Shown here piece by piece: positions 50,677 to 60,105 of a stretch of DNA of 64,000 bases. Each line of letters opens with the position of its first letter. The stretch's first letter is position 1. The position numbers and the translations under genes were made by a program. The stretch lies in the IMG/VR virus record IMGVR_UViG_3300044859_001080, positions 21,298-85,297 of that record; one strand, 5' to 3'. The notes below the pieces were generated by a model. That model did not search any database and was not told the DNA's origin. It saw only the letters and a list, made by a program, of their open reading frames with translations. The DNA comes from a virus.

Positions 50677-50918
50677 AAAACGAGCAAAAAGAAATGGTTT
50701 CTCACCCAGATCACTATCAATTTGGAAGTGATAACACTTATGAAGTTTATAAAGTATGTGAGGCTTGGGGTTTAGACAAAGATGCATATTTATTTAATGT
50801 TGTTAAATATGTTGCAAGGTCTGGCAGAAAAAATCCAGAAAAAGAGATTGAAGACTTAAAAAAAGCAATAGAGTATCTTGAATTTAAGATAAATAAATTG
50901 AGTTCATTAGATATTTAA
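50673..50918 (+). CDS. DUF3310 (T7 gp1.7-like nucleotide kinase family) protein
   Basis: V.HP.HY, N..KY..R.G.K...EDLKKA..YL. Confidence 0.85.
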   Translation: MKNEQKEMVSHPDHYQFGSDNTYEVYKVCEAWGLDKDAYLFNVVKYVARSGRKNPEKEIEDLKKAIEYLEFKINKLSSLDI

Positions 50919-50937
50919 TATTAAAAATATAATTATT

Positions 50938-51540
50938 ATGATAGAAATTATAGAAAAAAATGCAATAATCTATGAAACTAGATTATCAAGAATATGGAAA
51001 CACATTGAGAATGACTCATCGTCTTTTGGAGTTATTTCGCCATTTAGAAAATATTTATCTATGGATGAAAATTTGGAAAGGTATAAAGAGTTAAAATCTT
51101 TCATCAAAGATAAACTTAAAATTGGCTACATTGAAATGGATGGTGGCTTCAAAGAAGAGGGTGATTGGGTAAATGAAAAATCACTTTTTATTCCAAACAT
51201 AAGAAAAGAAGATTTAATTTTTTTGGGAGAATATTATGACCAGTATTCTGTCATCTATAAAAGTAAAAACGAGTTTATTGAAATTGGCACAAATGATATG
51301 TCAGATATGGGTGAAGTTTTAAACAATTTCAAAAAAAGTGGCTGGGATAAAAATATGCAAATAGATAGTGATACAACAGAGGAATTTTTCTCTAAATTAG
51401 CACGTGGCAGTCATAGAGACCAAAAGTTTTTATTTAATATGGAAGAAAGTTTTCTATATGAATTGGATAGTAAAACATTTAATGATAATTATAGAGAAAG
51501 AAACGGTCGTGGAAAAAAACGGTTGATAAAACTACTTTAA
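50938..51540 (+). CDS. Hypothetical phage protein
   Basis: E.RLSRIW.H, ISPFR, G.F.E, E.S.F, Y.Q.SV. Confidence 0.6.
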   Translation: MIEIIEKNAIIYETRLSRIWKHIENDSSSFGVISPFRKYLSMDENLERYKELKSFIKDKLKIGYIEMDGGFKEEGDWVNEKSLFIPNIRKEDLIFLGEYYDQYSVIYKSKNEFIEIGTNDMSDMGEVLNNFKKSGWDKNMQIDSDTTEEFFSKLARGSHRDQKFLFNMEESFLYELDSKTFNDNYRERNGRGKKRLIKLL

Positions 51541-51558
51541 TGCAAAAAAAATAATAAT

Positions 51559-51927
51559 ATGAATGATGAGATTATATTAGAGTTAGTCAATACACAAGTA
51601 CAATTTAGATTCTTGCATTGGCAAACAAAATCATATGCAAAACATAAAGCATATGGTAAATTTTATGATAATTTAGATGATTTGATTGATAAGTATGTTG
51701 AGGTTTGTATGGGTAAACATGGACGTCCTGAATATGATGGGGGTTTTACAATGGAGTTTGAAGATATAAAGGGTTTCTCAATGCAAGAATATCTGGATGA
51801 TTTCACAGAGTTCTTAATGGGTTTGTCAGAAAAATTAACACAAGGAGAAGATACTGATTTGTTAAATATCAGAGATGAGATTTTGGCAGAAGTAAATAAA
51901 ATGAAATATTTATTAACATTAGAATAA
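51559..51927 (+). CDS. Ferritin/Dps-like protein (DUF5856-like)
   Basis: HWQT..YA.H.A...Y......D..VE...G, LLNIRDE.......YLL. Confidence 0.8.
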   Translation: MNDEIILELVNTQVQFRFLHWQTKSYAKHKAYGKFYDNLDDLIDKYVEVCMGKHGRPEYDGGFTMEFEDIKGFSMQEYLDDFTEFLMGLSEKLTQGEDTDLLNIRDEILAEVNKMKYLLTLE

Positions 51928-51971
51928 TGAGAAGAAATTTAATTAATGAGGGGCTATTGAAAAATGATTAA
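51927..51971 (+). pseudogene. Orphaned 5' stub (MRRNLINEGLLKND*), probably the original start of the DHH gene
   Basis: TAATG-coupled to the Dps-like gene. It begins ATGAGAAGAAA, like ATGAGAAAAAA at 52906, and its stop overlaps the HNH start. Confidence 0.45.
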
Positions 51972-52878
51972 ATCTATTTGGAAGCCAGTTTATTTTAAAT
52001 CTAAAATAATTTATTATGATATGGTTGAAGTTGAAGACTTAACAAATAAAAAAGGGACTACTGCTTATAAAGTAATCTGGGTTTGCGATAATCCAAAATG
52101 TAAAACCCCAAGTAAAATTCATTCAATAAGTGCTCATCATTTAACTAAAGTAAAAAATAATTTTAATATACAAATATGCAGACCTTGCCAGTGTTCTGGT
52201 GAAGGTAATGGTAGATTTGGTGATAATAGAAAATGGAGTGATTTTCATAGTGAAGAAAGAGTTAAAGAATTAAAATTAATCTATTCTGAAAAATGGAAAG
52301 GTATTAAAAACCCCTCTTTAATTGATGATGTCAAAATAAAAAAGAATCAAAGTATAATAAATGAAGTTTTTTTAAAAAAAATAGTAAATAAAAATGGCTT
52401 TAAATTGTTATCATTAGTAGAATTAGATGGTAAAAATAGTAAATTAGTTGTTGAGTGTAAAAATGGGCATATTTCTAATAAAAGATATGTTAATTTTGTT
52501 GCTAAACATAAAAAATTTATATGCAGTAAATGTTTTTATAATTCAATTGCACTTAATTTATCAAAGGAAGATATGTTAATTATTAAAAATTATTATAGGA
52601 TAGTTAGGTCTATGACTAAAAAAACCTATAAACAATATAAAAATATAATTAATCCTAATAATCTTAAAATAAGTTTCAATACTTATCATATTGACCATAA
52701 ATTTAGTGTAGCAGAAGGGTTTAGAAATAATTTACCACCTGAAATTTTGAGTGCCAAGGAAAACTTACAAATACTAACACAACATAACAATTTATCAAAA
52801 CAAGATAAATGTTCAATTACTTTAGATGAATTAATTGAAAAAACAAAGTATATAAATGTGTTAAAAACGCATAACTAA
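51964..52878 (+). mobile_element. Free-standing HNH homing endonuclease
   Basis: CD...C/CRPC and C..GH/CSKC zinc ribbons, and C-terminal YHIDHKFS...NLQILT...NLSK HNH motif. Very AT-rich. Confidence 0.8.
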
Positions 52879-52905
52879 TCTATTTATAATAAAAAATAAA
52901 CGACT

Positions 52906-54384
52906 ATGAGAAAAAACAATCAGGTCCTGGTAGAAAGTGGAATTAGAGATATTGATGCTCTTGCGAACCGTTATAATAAAGCGGAGATCTACTTTCACCA
53001 GGACCTCTAAGGGCTTGATGGAGTTGCCTCGGCTTTGGCCATGAAGAAATACTTGGAAGATAATGGCATCAAAGTTGTTGATGCACATATTATCCAATAC
53101 GGAGATACAGAATTTGCTGTAAAGAAGAATGATGCCTTAGGAGACACTATGCCTGTTCTAGTGGATTTTGCTCATGGAAAACCTATGTTTAAAATACACA
53201 CAGACCACCATGATAGTCAGATTGGGGTTGATACCAAGAAAACATCTGGGCAATTTAAAAAAGCCAGATCGAATGCAGAAACAATTTCACAAGTTATTTC
53301 AAAAAATGATTTGTTTAGTGATACTGATATTTTAATTATAAATACAGTTGACTCTGCTGACTTTGTTAGACAAGGTTTAACTACAGATGATGTTATTAAT
53401 TATTTATTCAAATTTGACAAATCAAAAAGTGTTAGAGAGAATAAATTATTAATGGGTTTAGTTGCAAATAAATTACTATTGGCTTTTAAAAACAAGAAAG
53501 GATTTCTTGAAAATTTGGTTATGAATTCAAAACCTTCCATTTTATCAATATTGAATAATATAAAGAAATGGATGAAAGAAAATACTACTGAACTCCCAGA
53601 AGATTTACAAGCAAATGCTGAAAAGTATATTGAAAGTATGAAGGGTCATAAGAATGTTGAATTTAAAGATGGTATTATTTACCAATATGGTATGGGTTCT
53701 TTAAAGGGAACAGGTTCATACGATAGATATACATCATTTAAAAACCAACCTGATGCTGATTTCTTAATTATATACTGGCCACTAGGATTAATTCAAGTTT
53801 CAAAAAATCCATTTAAACCAAACCCCAAGTATAGCAAATTACATTTAGGTGAATTGGCACAAAAAGTTATGGGGCAATTTAAACCTATGTTAGAAGATAA
53901 ATTAATTTTATTATCAACAATTAAATGGGTTAGTGAATCAAAAGCAACAGAAGAAAGTGTTGGTTTTACCTTTAATGATTTTTATGCCACTTATGGTGAT
54001 AAATATTATACAAAAGAAGGTGCTCCAAAAACAAATGAGGAATTAAAGGGAATTATGGATAAGTTGTTTGGTGAATTAACTGAAGAGGAGAAAAAGAAAT
54101 TAGATAGTATTGCACTAAATGCTTGGGATTTAATTCAAGCAAATAGTGGGGGTCATCCAAGTATTACAAATATTTCTGGACTTAACTTTATTGGTAGGGG
54201 TAGCAGACCACCATCAAAAGAACCAAGAACGTATGCACCAAAATCAACTGAACCAAGAACATATGCACCAAAAACAAGCACCTACAAATCAGAGCCAAGA
54301 ACTGAAACTCAATATCTGACATTAATGAAAGATATTGCAAGTAAAATAAAAACCAAATTAGAGAAGGAGATTTCTAGTTATTAA
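52906..54384 (+). CDS. DHH-family phosphoesterase interrupted by in-frame TAA at 53008-53010 (candidate recoded gene)
   Basis: ATG 52906 reads MRKNNQVLVESGIRDIDALANRYNKAEIYFHQDL*GLDGVASALAMK in frame with the 53035 ORF, which has VLVDFAH, HTDHH and SGGH motifs. Confidence 0.8.
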
Positions 54385-54721
54385 GATTTATAACATCACC
54401 TTCGTTAATATTATGTTTATCACAAGTGCCCCCAACTACCTCCAGAACCAAATTACCATCACCACAATATCTTTTACATTTTTCTGTTGAGCAAGGGGGG
54501 CAATTGTGGTGAATTTTTGTTATAACATTATCTTGAATCATTATAATATCAAGTGAGATAATGCAATTTTTCATCCAGAAACATGACCTGGGTGTGTCCA
54601 TTATGAATAGCATTGCATCAAATGTGTCATCAAATCTTTTATTCATCATCCCCTTTTCTTTCTCTTCTCTGGATATTGCTAATTTAGCATTTAATGTTAA
54701 ATCATTTATATTAATTTTCAT
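54374..54721 (-). CDS. DUF192-family protein
   Basis: A.....GMM, MLF, FWMKN..I.LDI, VLEV.GG....I..GD. Confidence 0.85.
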   Translation of the reverse strand: MKININDLTLNAKLAISREEKEKGMMNKRFDDTFDAMLFIMDTPRSCFWMKNCIISLDIIMIQDNVITKIHHNCPPCSTEKCKRYCGDGNLVLEVVGGTCDKHNINEGDVINLNN

Positions 54722-54794
54722 AGAATTATTTATTTAATAATAAATAGGTTTTAATTATTTTTTTTGTATATTTACAGAAACAAAAAAGGAAACT

Positions 54795-55496
54795 ATGCTA
54801 GTGATTGGAGATATACATGGAAGTAAATTCTGGAAAAATATTGTAAATCAACATCTTGATGAAGATTATATTGTCTTTGTTGGGGATTATGTTGATACAC
54901 ATAATGCTATGAGTAATACTAAAATGTTAAAGAACTTATTGGATATTATTAAGTTCAAAGAGAAATACCCAGATAAGGTAAAATTATTGTTAGGAAATCA
55001 TGATATTCATTATTATTTTCTAAATAGTTCATATAGGGGTAGTGGGTTCAACTTTGATATGATGTTTGAGTTCAATACAATCTTCAAGAATAAAAAACAT
55101 TTATTCCAAGTTGCCTTTATGTATAATAATACAATTGTTTCCCATGCTGGAATTACAAATAGATTATACCAATCTGTTGAGTCTGATTATAAAGATGCGC
55201 TTGATTTGGGTTGGGGTGATGGGAATGAGCATAATACTATTGCTGATAAGTTTAATTTCTTGTTTAACATTAGCAGTAAATACCTTTTCTATATTGGTGA
55301 TGAGAGGGGTGGTTTGGATCCTTTCTCTGGGATTTTCTGGGCTGGTATGAAAGAATTATGTGAGGATTATTTGGTCGGATATAACCAAGTTATTGGTCAT
55401 ACGCATTTGGCTGAAAAAACAATCAAAAATTATGATGATATTACCTTAACCTTTATTGACACAGGTAATGAAAATGCTTATCATTTAATTAAGTAA
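54795..55496 (+). CDS. Calcineurin-like metallophosphoesterase
   Basis: GDIHG, GDYVD, GNHD, SHAG, QVIGHT, IDT. Confidence 0.9.
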   Translation: MLVIGDIHGSKFWKNIVNQHLDEDYIVFVGDYVDTHNAMSNTKMLKNLLDIIKFKEKYPDKVKLLLGNHDIHYYFLNSSYRGSGFNFDMMFEFNTIFKNKKHLFQVAFMYNNTIVSHAGITNRLYQSVESDYKDALDLGWGDGNEHNTIADKFNFLFNISSKYLFYIGDERGGLDPFSGIFWAGMKELCEDYLVGYNQVIGHTHLAEKTIKNYDDITLTFIDTGNENAYHLIK

Positions 55497-55514
55497 CTAA
55501 ATAAAAAAAAAGAT

Positions 55515-55928
55515 ATGAGAAAGTATGTTGGCGTTTTAGTAAAGCATAAAGAAGAATTCCTATTATGTAAAAGAAGCCCTAAGACTAAAAGTCTTCCGGG
55601 AATGTGGTCAATACCTGCTGGCAAATTGGAGGCTGGGGAAACAACCCATGAGGCAGCAAAAAGGGAATTTCATGAAGAAACAAATGTTAGTATTCTTAAT
55701 AAGAAAATAAGATTACTGAATGTTATTGAAAGATATTCAAGAGATGGCAGCAGGGTGAATGGTGAATTTTGGGTTTATTTATTGGAAAGTCCAGACAGAT
55801 TAGTCCCAGATTTGGTAAATGCTATTGATGGTGATGAACATACTGAATGTGGGTATTTCATAGTAGAAGAATTAGATGGATTGAATATTGATGACAAACT
55901 AAAAAATATGATTAAAAGTTTGGTTTAA
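55515..55928 (+). CDS. Nudix hydrolase
   Basis: GKLEAGETTHEAAKREFHEETN Nudix box. Confidence 0.9.
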   Translation: MRKYVGVLVKHKEEFLLCKRSPKTKSLPGMWSIPAGKLEAGETTHEAAKREFHEETNVSILNKKIRLLNVIERYSRDGSRVNGEFWVYLLESPDRLVPDLVNAIDGDEHTECGYFIVEELDGLNIDDKLKNMIKSLV

Positions 55929-55950
55929 GATATTTATCTAAAAAATAAAA

Positions 55951-56883
55951 GTGAAACGAATTTTAATCACAGAAAGTCAATTAAGCCTATTAGTAAAAAG
56001 TGATAATACTGCACATGATACTGCACATGATACTGCACATGATACCATACAAGAATGCACGATAGCCGCTGTTAGACTAGACAATGGTAATGTCATTGCC
56101 AAGAATAGAGACAGAGGCTATCTTGCTAAAATGGAGGTTGTTCACGAGATTGTGGAGGGGGTTGAAATGGTGTATTGGAGGGATGTTGAGACAGACTGGT
56201 CTGAAGGTATGAACGAATACGGTATTGGAATTGTTAATTCAAGTCTGTTGGTTAGACAAGATGAGAAAGAGAGCAACAAAGTATTCAAATCCAAAAAAGT
56301 AAAAAATTCAAATGATGGAAAAAAGATTAGGCATGCTTTAAAATGTAAGAACATAAAGGATGCTATTAAATCTGTTATTTCCTATGATGCTGATGATCCA
56401 AAAAATGTTGGAATTAAAGGTCAGACAATTGTTGGTAGTCCAAAGAATATATATATTGTTGAATTAACAAGCAAAGATACTCCTGTTATTACAAAAATGG
56501 GAGATGAGAAAGTTGAGGTTAGAACCAATCATGGTATTGCTCACAAAAAAACTGGATACATTTACGGAATTAAAAAGAAATCGTCCCACTCTAGGTTAGA
56601 GTTGGCAAAAAAGCATTTACAAGATGCTGAAGAAGATATTGATGTTATTGATAAGATGAAGGAGCAATATAAGAAAAACAAATTCTTAAATCCTTATCGA
56701 ATGAAGAATATGTATAACATGCAAACTGTTGGACAAATAATGATGAATTTGGACAAAAAAGAAATTTTAATAAGAATGGATAATGAGATGGGGGAATTTG
56801 TTGGCATAGATAATAAGTTGCCAGATGATTATTCGCCCAAAATAAAAATAAGAATTGAGAGTGAGAAAACAAAGGGTAAATAA
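55951..56883 (+). CDS. Cys-nucleophile Ntn-hydrolase (C45/C59/C69-like) with N-terminal leader
   Basis: CT.......KNRD, EGMNEYGIGIVN, RTNH, SR. GTG start; leader contains a DTAH x3 repeat. Confidence 0.7.
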   Translation: MKRILITESQLSLLVKSDNTAHDTAHDTAHDTIQECTIAAVRLDNGNVIAKNRDRGYLAKMEVVHEIVEGVEMVYWRDVETDWSEGMNEYGIGIVNSSLLVRQDEKESNKVFKSKKVKNSNDGKKIRHALKCKNIKDAIKSVISYDADDPKNVGIKGQTIVGSPKNIYIVELTSKDTPVITKMGDEKVEVRTNHGIAHKKTGYIYGIKKKSSHSRLELAKKHLQDAEEDIDVIDKMKEQYKKNKFLNPYRMKNMYNMQTVGQIMMNLDKKEILIRMDNEMGEFVGIDNKLPDDYSPKIKIRIESEKTKGK

Positions 56884-57353
56884 TGGAAAAAGACACAATA
56901 AGAAGCATATTCAAATTCCTTGAAAATGAGGATAATAGAAGCACACCAATTGTCTGGAAATTAATTAATAATGAACCATTAACAGATGATGAATTAAATA
57001 TTGAAGGCAATTTGAATTTGACTGATTCAAAAATAACACAATTACCAAAAGGTTTGAAAGTTGGAGATAATTTGAATTTATTAGGAACAATAATAACCTC
57101 CTTACCAGAAGGTTTGGAAGTTGGGGCTACTTTGGATTTATCATATTCAGATATAAGAACATTACCAGAAGGTTTGGAAGTTGGGGGTAGTTTATGGTTA
57201 ATTGGGTGTTGGCTTATAACCTCATTACCAAAAGGATTACATGTTGGTGGTGATTTATATATTTTCAGAACTAATTTTAGAAACTTATCAAATGATGAAA
57301 TAAGAGATATGATTAAACCTGGATTTATAGGGGGAGGAATATATAGAACATGA
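56883..57353 (+). CDS. LRR-like (LPEGLxVGGxLxL) protein 1
   Basis: 21-22-aa repeats with conserved N- and C-caps. Confidence 0.8.
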   Translation: MEKDTIRSIFKFLENEDNRSTPIVWKLINNEPLTDDELNIEGNLNLTDSKITQLPKGLKVGDNLNLLGTIITSLPEGLEVGATLDLSYSDIRTLPEGLEVGGSLWLIGCWLITSLPKGLHVGGDLYIFRTNFRNLSNDEIRDMIKPGFIGGGIYRT

Positions 57354-57823
57354 TAAAAGAAACAATAAGAAACATATTCAAATTCCTTGAAAATGAGGAG
57401 AATAGAAAGACACCAATTGTCTGGAAGATAGTGAATAATGAGCCTATTGAACAAGATGATTTAATTGTTAATGGTGATATAAATATGGAATATTCAGACG
57501 TAGAATCATTGCCAGAAGGACTGTATGTTAATGGTGATTTGAGTTTATTTGGGTCTGAAATAAAATCATTACCAAAAGATTTATATGTTAGCGAAAACTT
57601 ATATTTAGGTTATTGTGATAATATAACTTCCTTGCCAGAAGGATTGGAAGTTGGGGGTAGTTTATGGTTAATTGAGAGTTGGGGTTTAAAATCATTACCA
57701 AAAGGATTACATGTTGGTGGTAATTTATATATTTTCAAAACTAATTTTACAAAATTTTCAGATGATGAAATAAGAGATATGATTAAACCTGGATTTATAG
57801 GGGGAAAAATATATAGAACATGA
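57350..57823 (+). CDS. LRR-like protein 2
   Basis: As above; ATGA-coupled. Confidence 0.8.
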   Translation: MIKETIRNIFKFLENEENRKTPIVWKIVNNEPIEQDDLIVNGDINMEYSDVESLPEGLYVNGDLSLFGSEIKSLPKDLYVSENLYLGYCDNITSLPEGLEVGGSLWLIESWGLKSLPKGLHVGGNLYIFKTNFTKFSDDEIRDMIKPGFIGGKIYRT

Positions 57824-58305
57824 TAAAAGACACATTAAGAAGCATATTCAAATTCCTTGAAAAGGAGGAAAATAGAAGCACACCAATTTTCTGGAAGATA
57901 TTGAATAATGAACCTATTGAACAAGATGATTTAATTGTTAATGGTGATATAAATATGGAATATTCAGACGTAGAATCATTGCCAGAAGGACTGTATGTTA
58001 ATGGTGATTTGAGTTTATTTGGGTCTGAAATAAAATCATTACCAAAAGATTTATATGTTAGCGAAAACTTATATTTAGGTTATTGTGATAATATAACTTC
58101 CTTGCCAGAAGGATTATATGTTGGGGGAAACTTATCCATAGCAAAAACAAATATAAGTTCCTTACCAAAAGGATTAAAAGTTGAGGGTTTTTTGTTTATT
58201 CGTTATACGCCTTTAGTTAATTTCTCTTATGAAGAATTGATAAAAATGATTAAACCAACAGATGATGTTGATGGGTATATTGGTAGAAAAATAATAATAG
58301 ACTAA
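57820..58305 (+). CDS. LRR-like protein 3
   Basis: As above; shares a 203-bp identical block with protein 2. Confidence 0.8.
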   Translation: MIKDTLRSIFKFLEKEENRSTPIFWKILNNEPIEQDDLIVNGDINMEYSDVESLPEGLYVNGDLSLFGSEIKSLPKDLYVSENLYLGYCDNITSLPEGLYVGGNLSIAKTNISSLPKGLKVEGFLFIRYTPLVNFSYEELIKMIKPTDDVDGYIGRKIIID

Positions 58306-58892
58306 TGAAAAAAGAAACACTTAAAAAGATATTTGAATTTCTTAAAGAAAATGAAAATCATAATGTGCCATTTTTGTGGAAACATGCTATTGGAGAGCCC
58401 TTAACAGAAGATGATTTAACAATTGATGGGCATTTGCTTTTAGAATACTCAAGGTTTAAATCATTGCCTAATAATTTGAAAGTTAAAGGTGATTTATCGT
58501 TGTATCATTCAGCAATAGAATCAATACCAGAAGGTTTGGAAGTTGGTGGAACTTTGAACATATCAGGTTCTAAAATAACCTCATTACCAGAAGGATTAAA
58601 AGTTGGTGAAAATTTGTTTATTGATGAAACAAATATAGCTTCATTACCAGAAGGATTGGAAGTTGGTGGTAGTTTGGATTTAACTAAAACAAATATAACT
58701 TCATTACCAAAAGGTTTAAAAGTTGGCATAAATTTATATATTTATACTACAAAAATAGAATCATTACCAAAAGGCTTGGAAGTTGGTTGGGATTTATATA
58801 TAGGCTGGACAAAATTAGAAAAATACACAGACAAACAAATAAAAGATATGATTGAGCCTGGCTTTATAAAAGGAACAATACGTAGATCATGA
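58305..58892 (+). CDS. LRR-like protein 4
   Basis: As above. Confidence 0.8.
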   Translation: MKKETLKKIFEFLKENENHNVPFLWKHAIGEPLTEDDLTIDGHLLLEYSRFKSLPNNLKVKGDLSLYHSAIESIPEGLEVGGTLNISGSKITSLPEGLKVGENLFIDETNIASLPEGLEVGGSLDLTKTNITSLPKGLKVGINLYIYTTKIESLPKGLEVGWDLYIGWTKLEKYTDKQIKDMIEPGFIKGTIRRS

Positions 58893-59497
58893 AAAAAGAA
58901 ACAATAAAAAAGATATTAAATTTTCTTTCAGAAAATGAAGGAAAAAATGCTGCAACTTATGGTAGTATTGTATGGAAAATATTATTTAATGAACCAATAA
59001 AAAAAGAGGAGGCAAATATTGAAGGTGGTTTATATTTAAACTATTTAGACGTAACTTCTTTACCAGAAGGATTAAAAGTTGAGGGGGATTTATTGTTACT
59101 TGGAACACCAATAACTTCTTTACCAGAGGGTTTAACTGTTGGGGGGGATTTGGATTTAGAAAATTGCAAAAATTTAACCTCATTACCAGAAGGATTGGAG
59201 GTTGGAGGTCATTTGTGGTTAATGGAATGCAATAATTTAAAATCATTACCAAAATTATTAAAAGTTGGGGGGGGGTTATATTTAGAAGGTACAAATATAA
59301 CTTCATTACCAGAAGGTTTAAAAGTTGGGGGTGATTTACGATTAGATGGATTAGAAATAAACTTGCTACCAAAAGGGTTAGAAGTTGGTGATGATTTATT
59401 TATAAATAGTACGCCATTAACAAAATACAAACATAATAAATTAAAAGAAATGATTTATCCTGGCTTTATAAAAGGTCAAATAACAATAGATATATAA
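58889..59497 (+). CDS. LRR-like protein 5
   Basis: As above. Confidence 0.8.
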   Translation: MKKETIKKILNFLSENEGKNAATYGSIVWKILFNEPIKKEEANIEGGLYLNYLDVTSLPEGLKVEGDLLLLGTPITSLPEGLTVGGDLDLENCKNLTSLPEGLEVGGHLWLMECNNLKSLPKLLKVGGGLYLEGTNITSLPEGLKVGGDLRLDGLEINLLPKGLEVGDDLFINSTPLTKYKHNKLKEMIYPGFIKGQITIDI

Positions 59498-60105
59498 TGG
59501 AAAAAGAAACATTAAAAAAGATATTTGATTTCCTTGAAGAAAAGGAAAACAAAAAACATAAAGAAAGTGGAAGCCTAAAGTGGAAATTGTTTTTTAATAA
59601 ATCCATTACAAAGGAAGAATTAAATGTGAATGGTGATTTAAATTTAAAAGGCTTAAAAATAAAATCATTACCAGAAGGATTAAAAGTTGGAGGTGATTTA
59701 ATTTTAATAGACTCAAAACTAAAATCATTACCAGAAGGATTAAAAGTTGGAGGTGAATTGGATTTATATTGGTCCAGAGAATTAACTTCATTACCAAAAA
59801 CCTTGAAAGCTGAAGGTGATTTGAATTTAGGCACATGCACAAGTTTAACATCATTACCAAAGGGATTTAAAGTTGGTGGTAGGTTAAATTTATCTCATTG
59901 CGAAAATTTAACATCTTTACCAGAAGGTTTGGAAGTTGGGGGTAGTTTATGGTTAATTGAGAGTTGGGGTTTAACCTCATTACCAAAAGGATTATATGTT
60001 GGTGGTAGTTTACATATTCAAAGAACTAATTTTACAAACTTATCAGATGATGAAATAAGAGATATGATTAAACCTGGATTTATAGAAGGAAAAATATATA
60101 AATAA
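59497..60105 (+). CDS. LRR-like protein 6
   Basis: As above. Confidence 0.8.
   Translation: MEKETLKKIFDFLEEKENKKHKESGSLKWKLFFNKSITKEELNVNGDLNLKGLKIKSLPEGLKVGGDLILIDSKLKSLPEGLKVGGELDLYWSRELTSLPKTLKAEGDLNLGTCTSLTSLPKGFKVGGRLNLSHCENLTSLPEGLEVGGSLWLIESWGLTSLPKGLYVGGSLHIQRTNFTNLSDDEIRDMIKPGFIEGKIYK

Noticed and set aside
53008-53010. Genome-wide stop-codon reassignment explaining the in-frame stop
   Set aside because: The stop is TAA, the dominant terminator here, and the other genes are intact under code 11.
51964-53016. Intact group I intron containing the HNH
   Set aside because: No recognisable P3-P7 core or terminal G at a plausible exon junction, and the HNH lies upstream of, not within, the interruption.
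53035-53043. TTG 53035 / ATG 53041 as the true DHH start
   Set aside because: It would delete motif I and lacks the A-rich leader seen at other genes; re-initiation cannot be fully excluded.
56645-57454. 269-aa minus-strand ORF, plus 59466- and similar
   Set aside because: Antisense shadows of the LRR-like genes.
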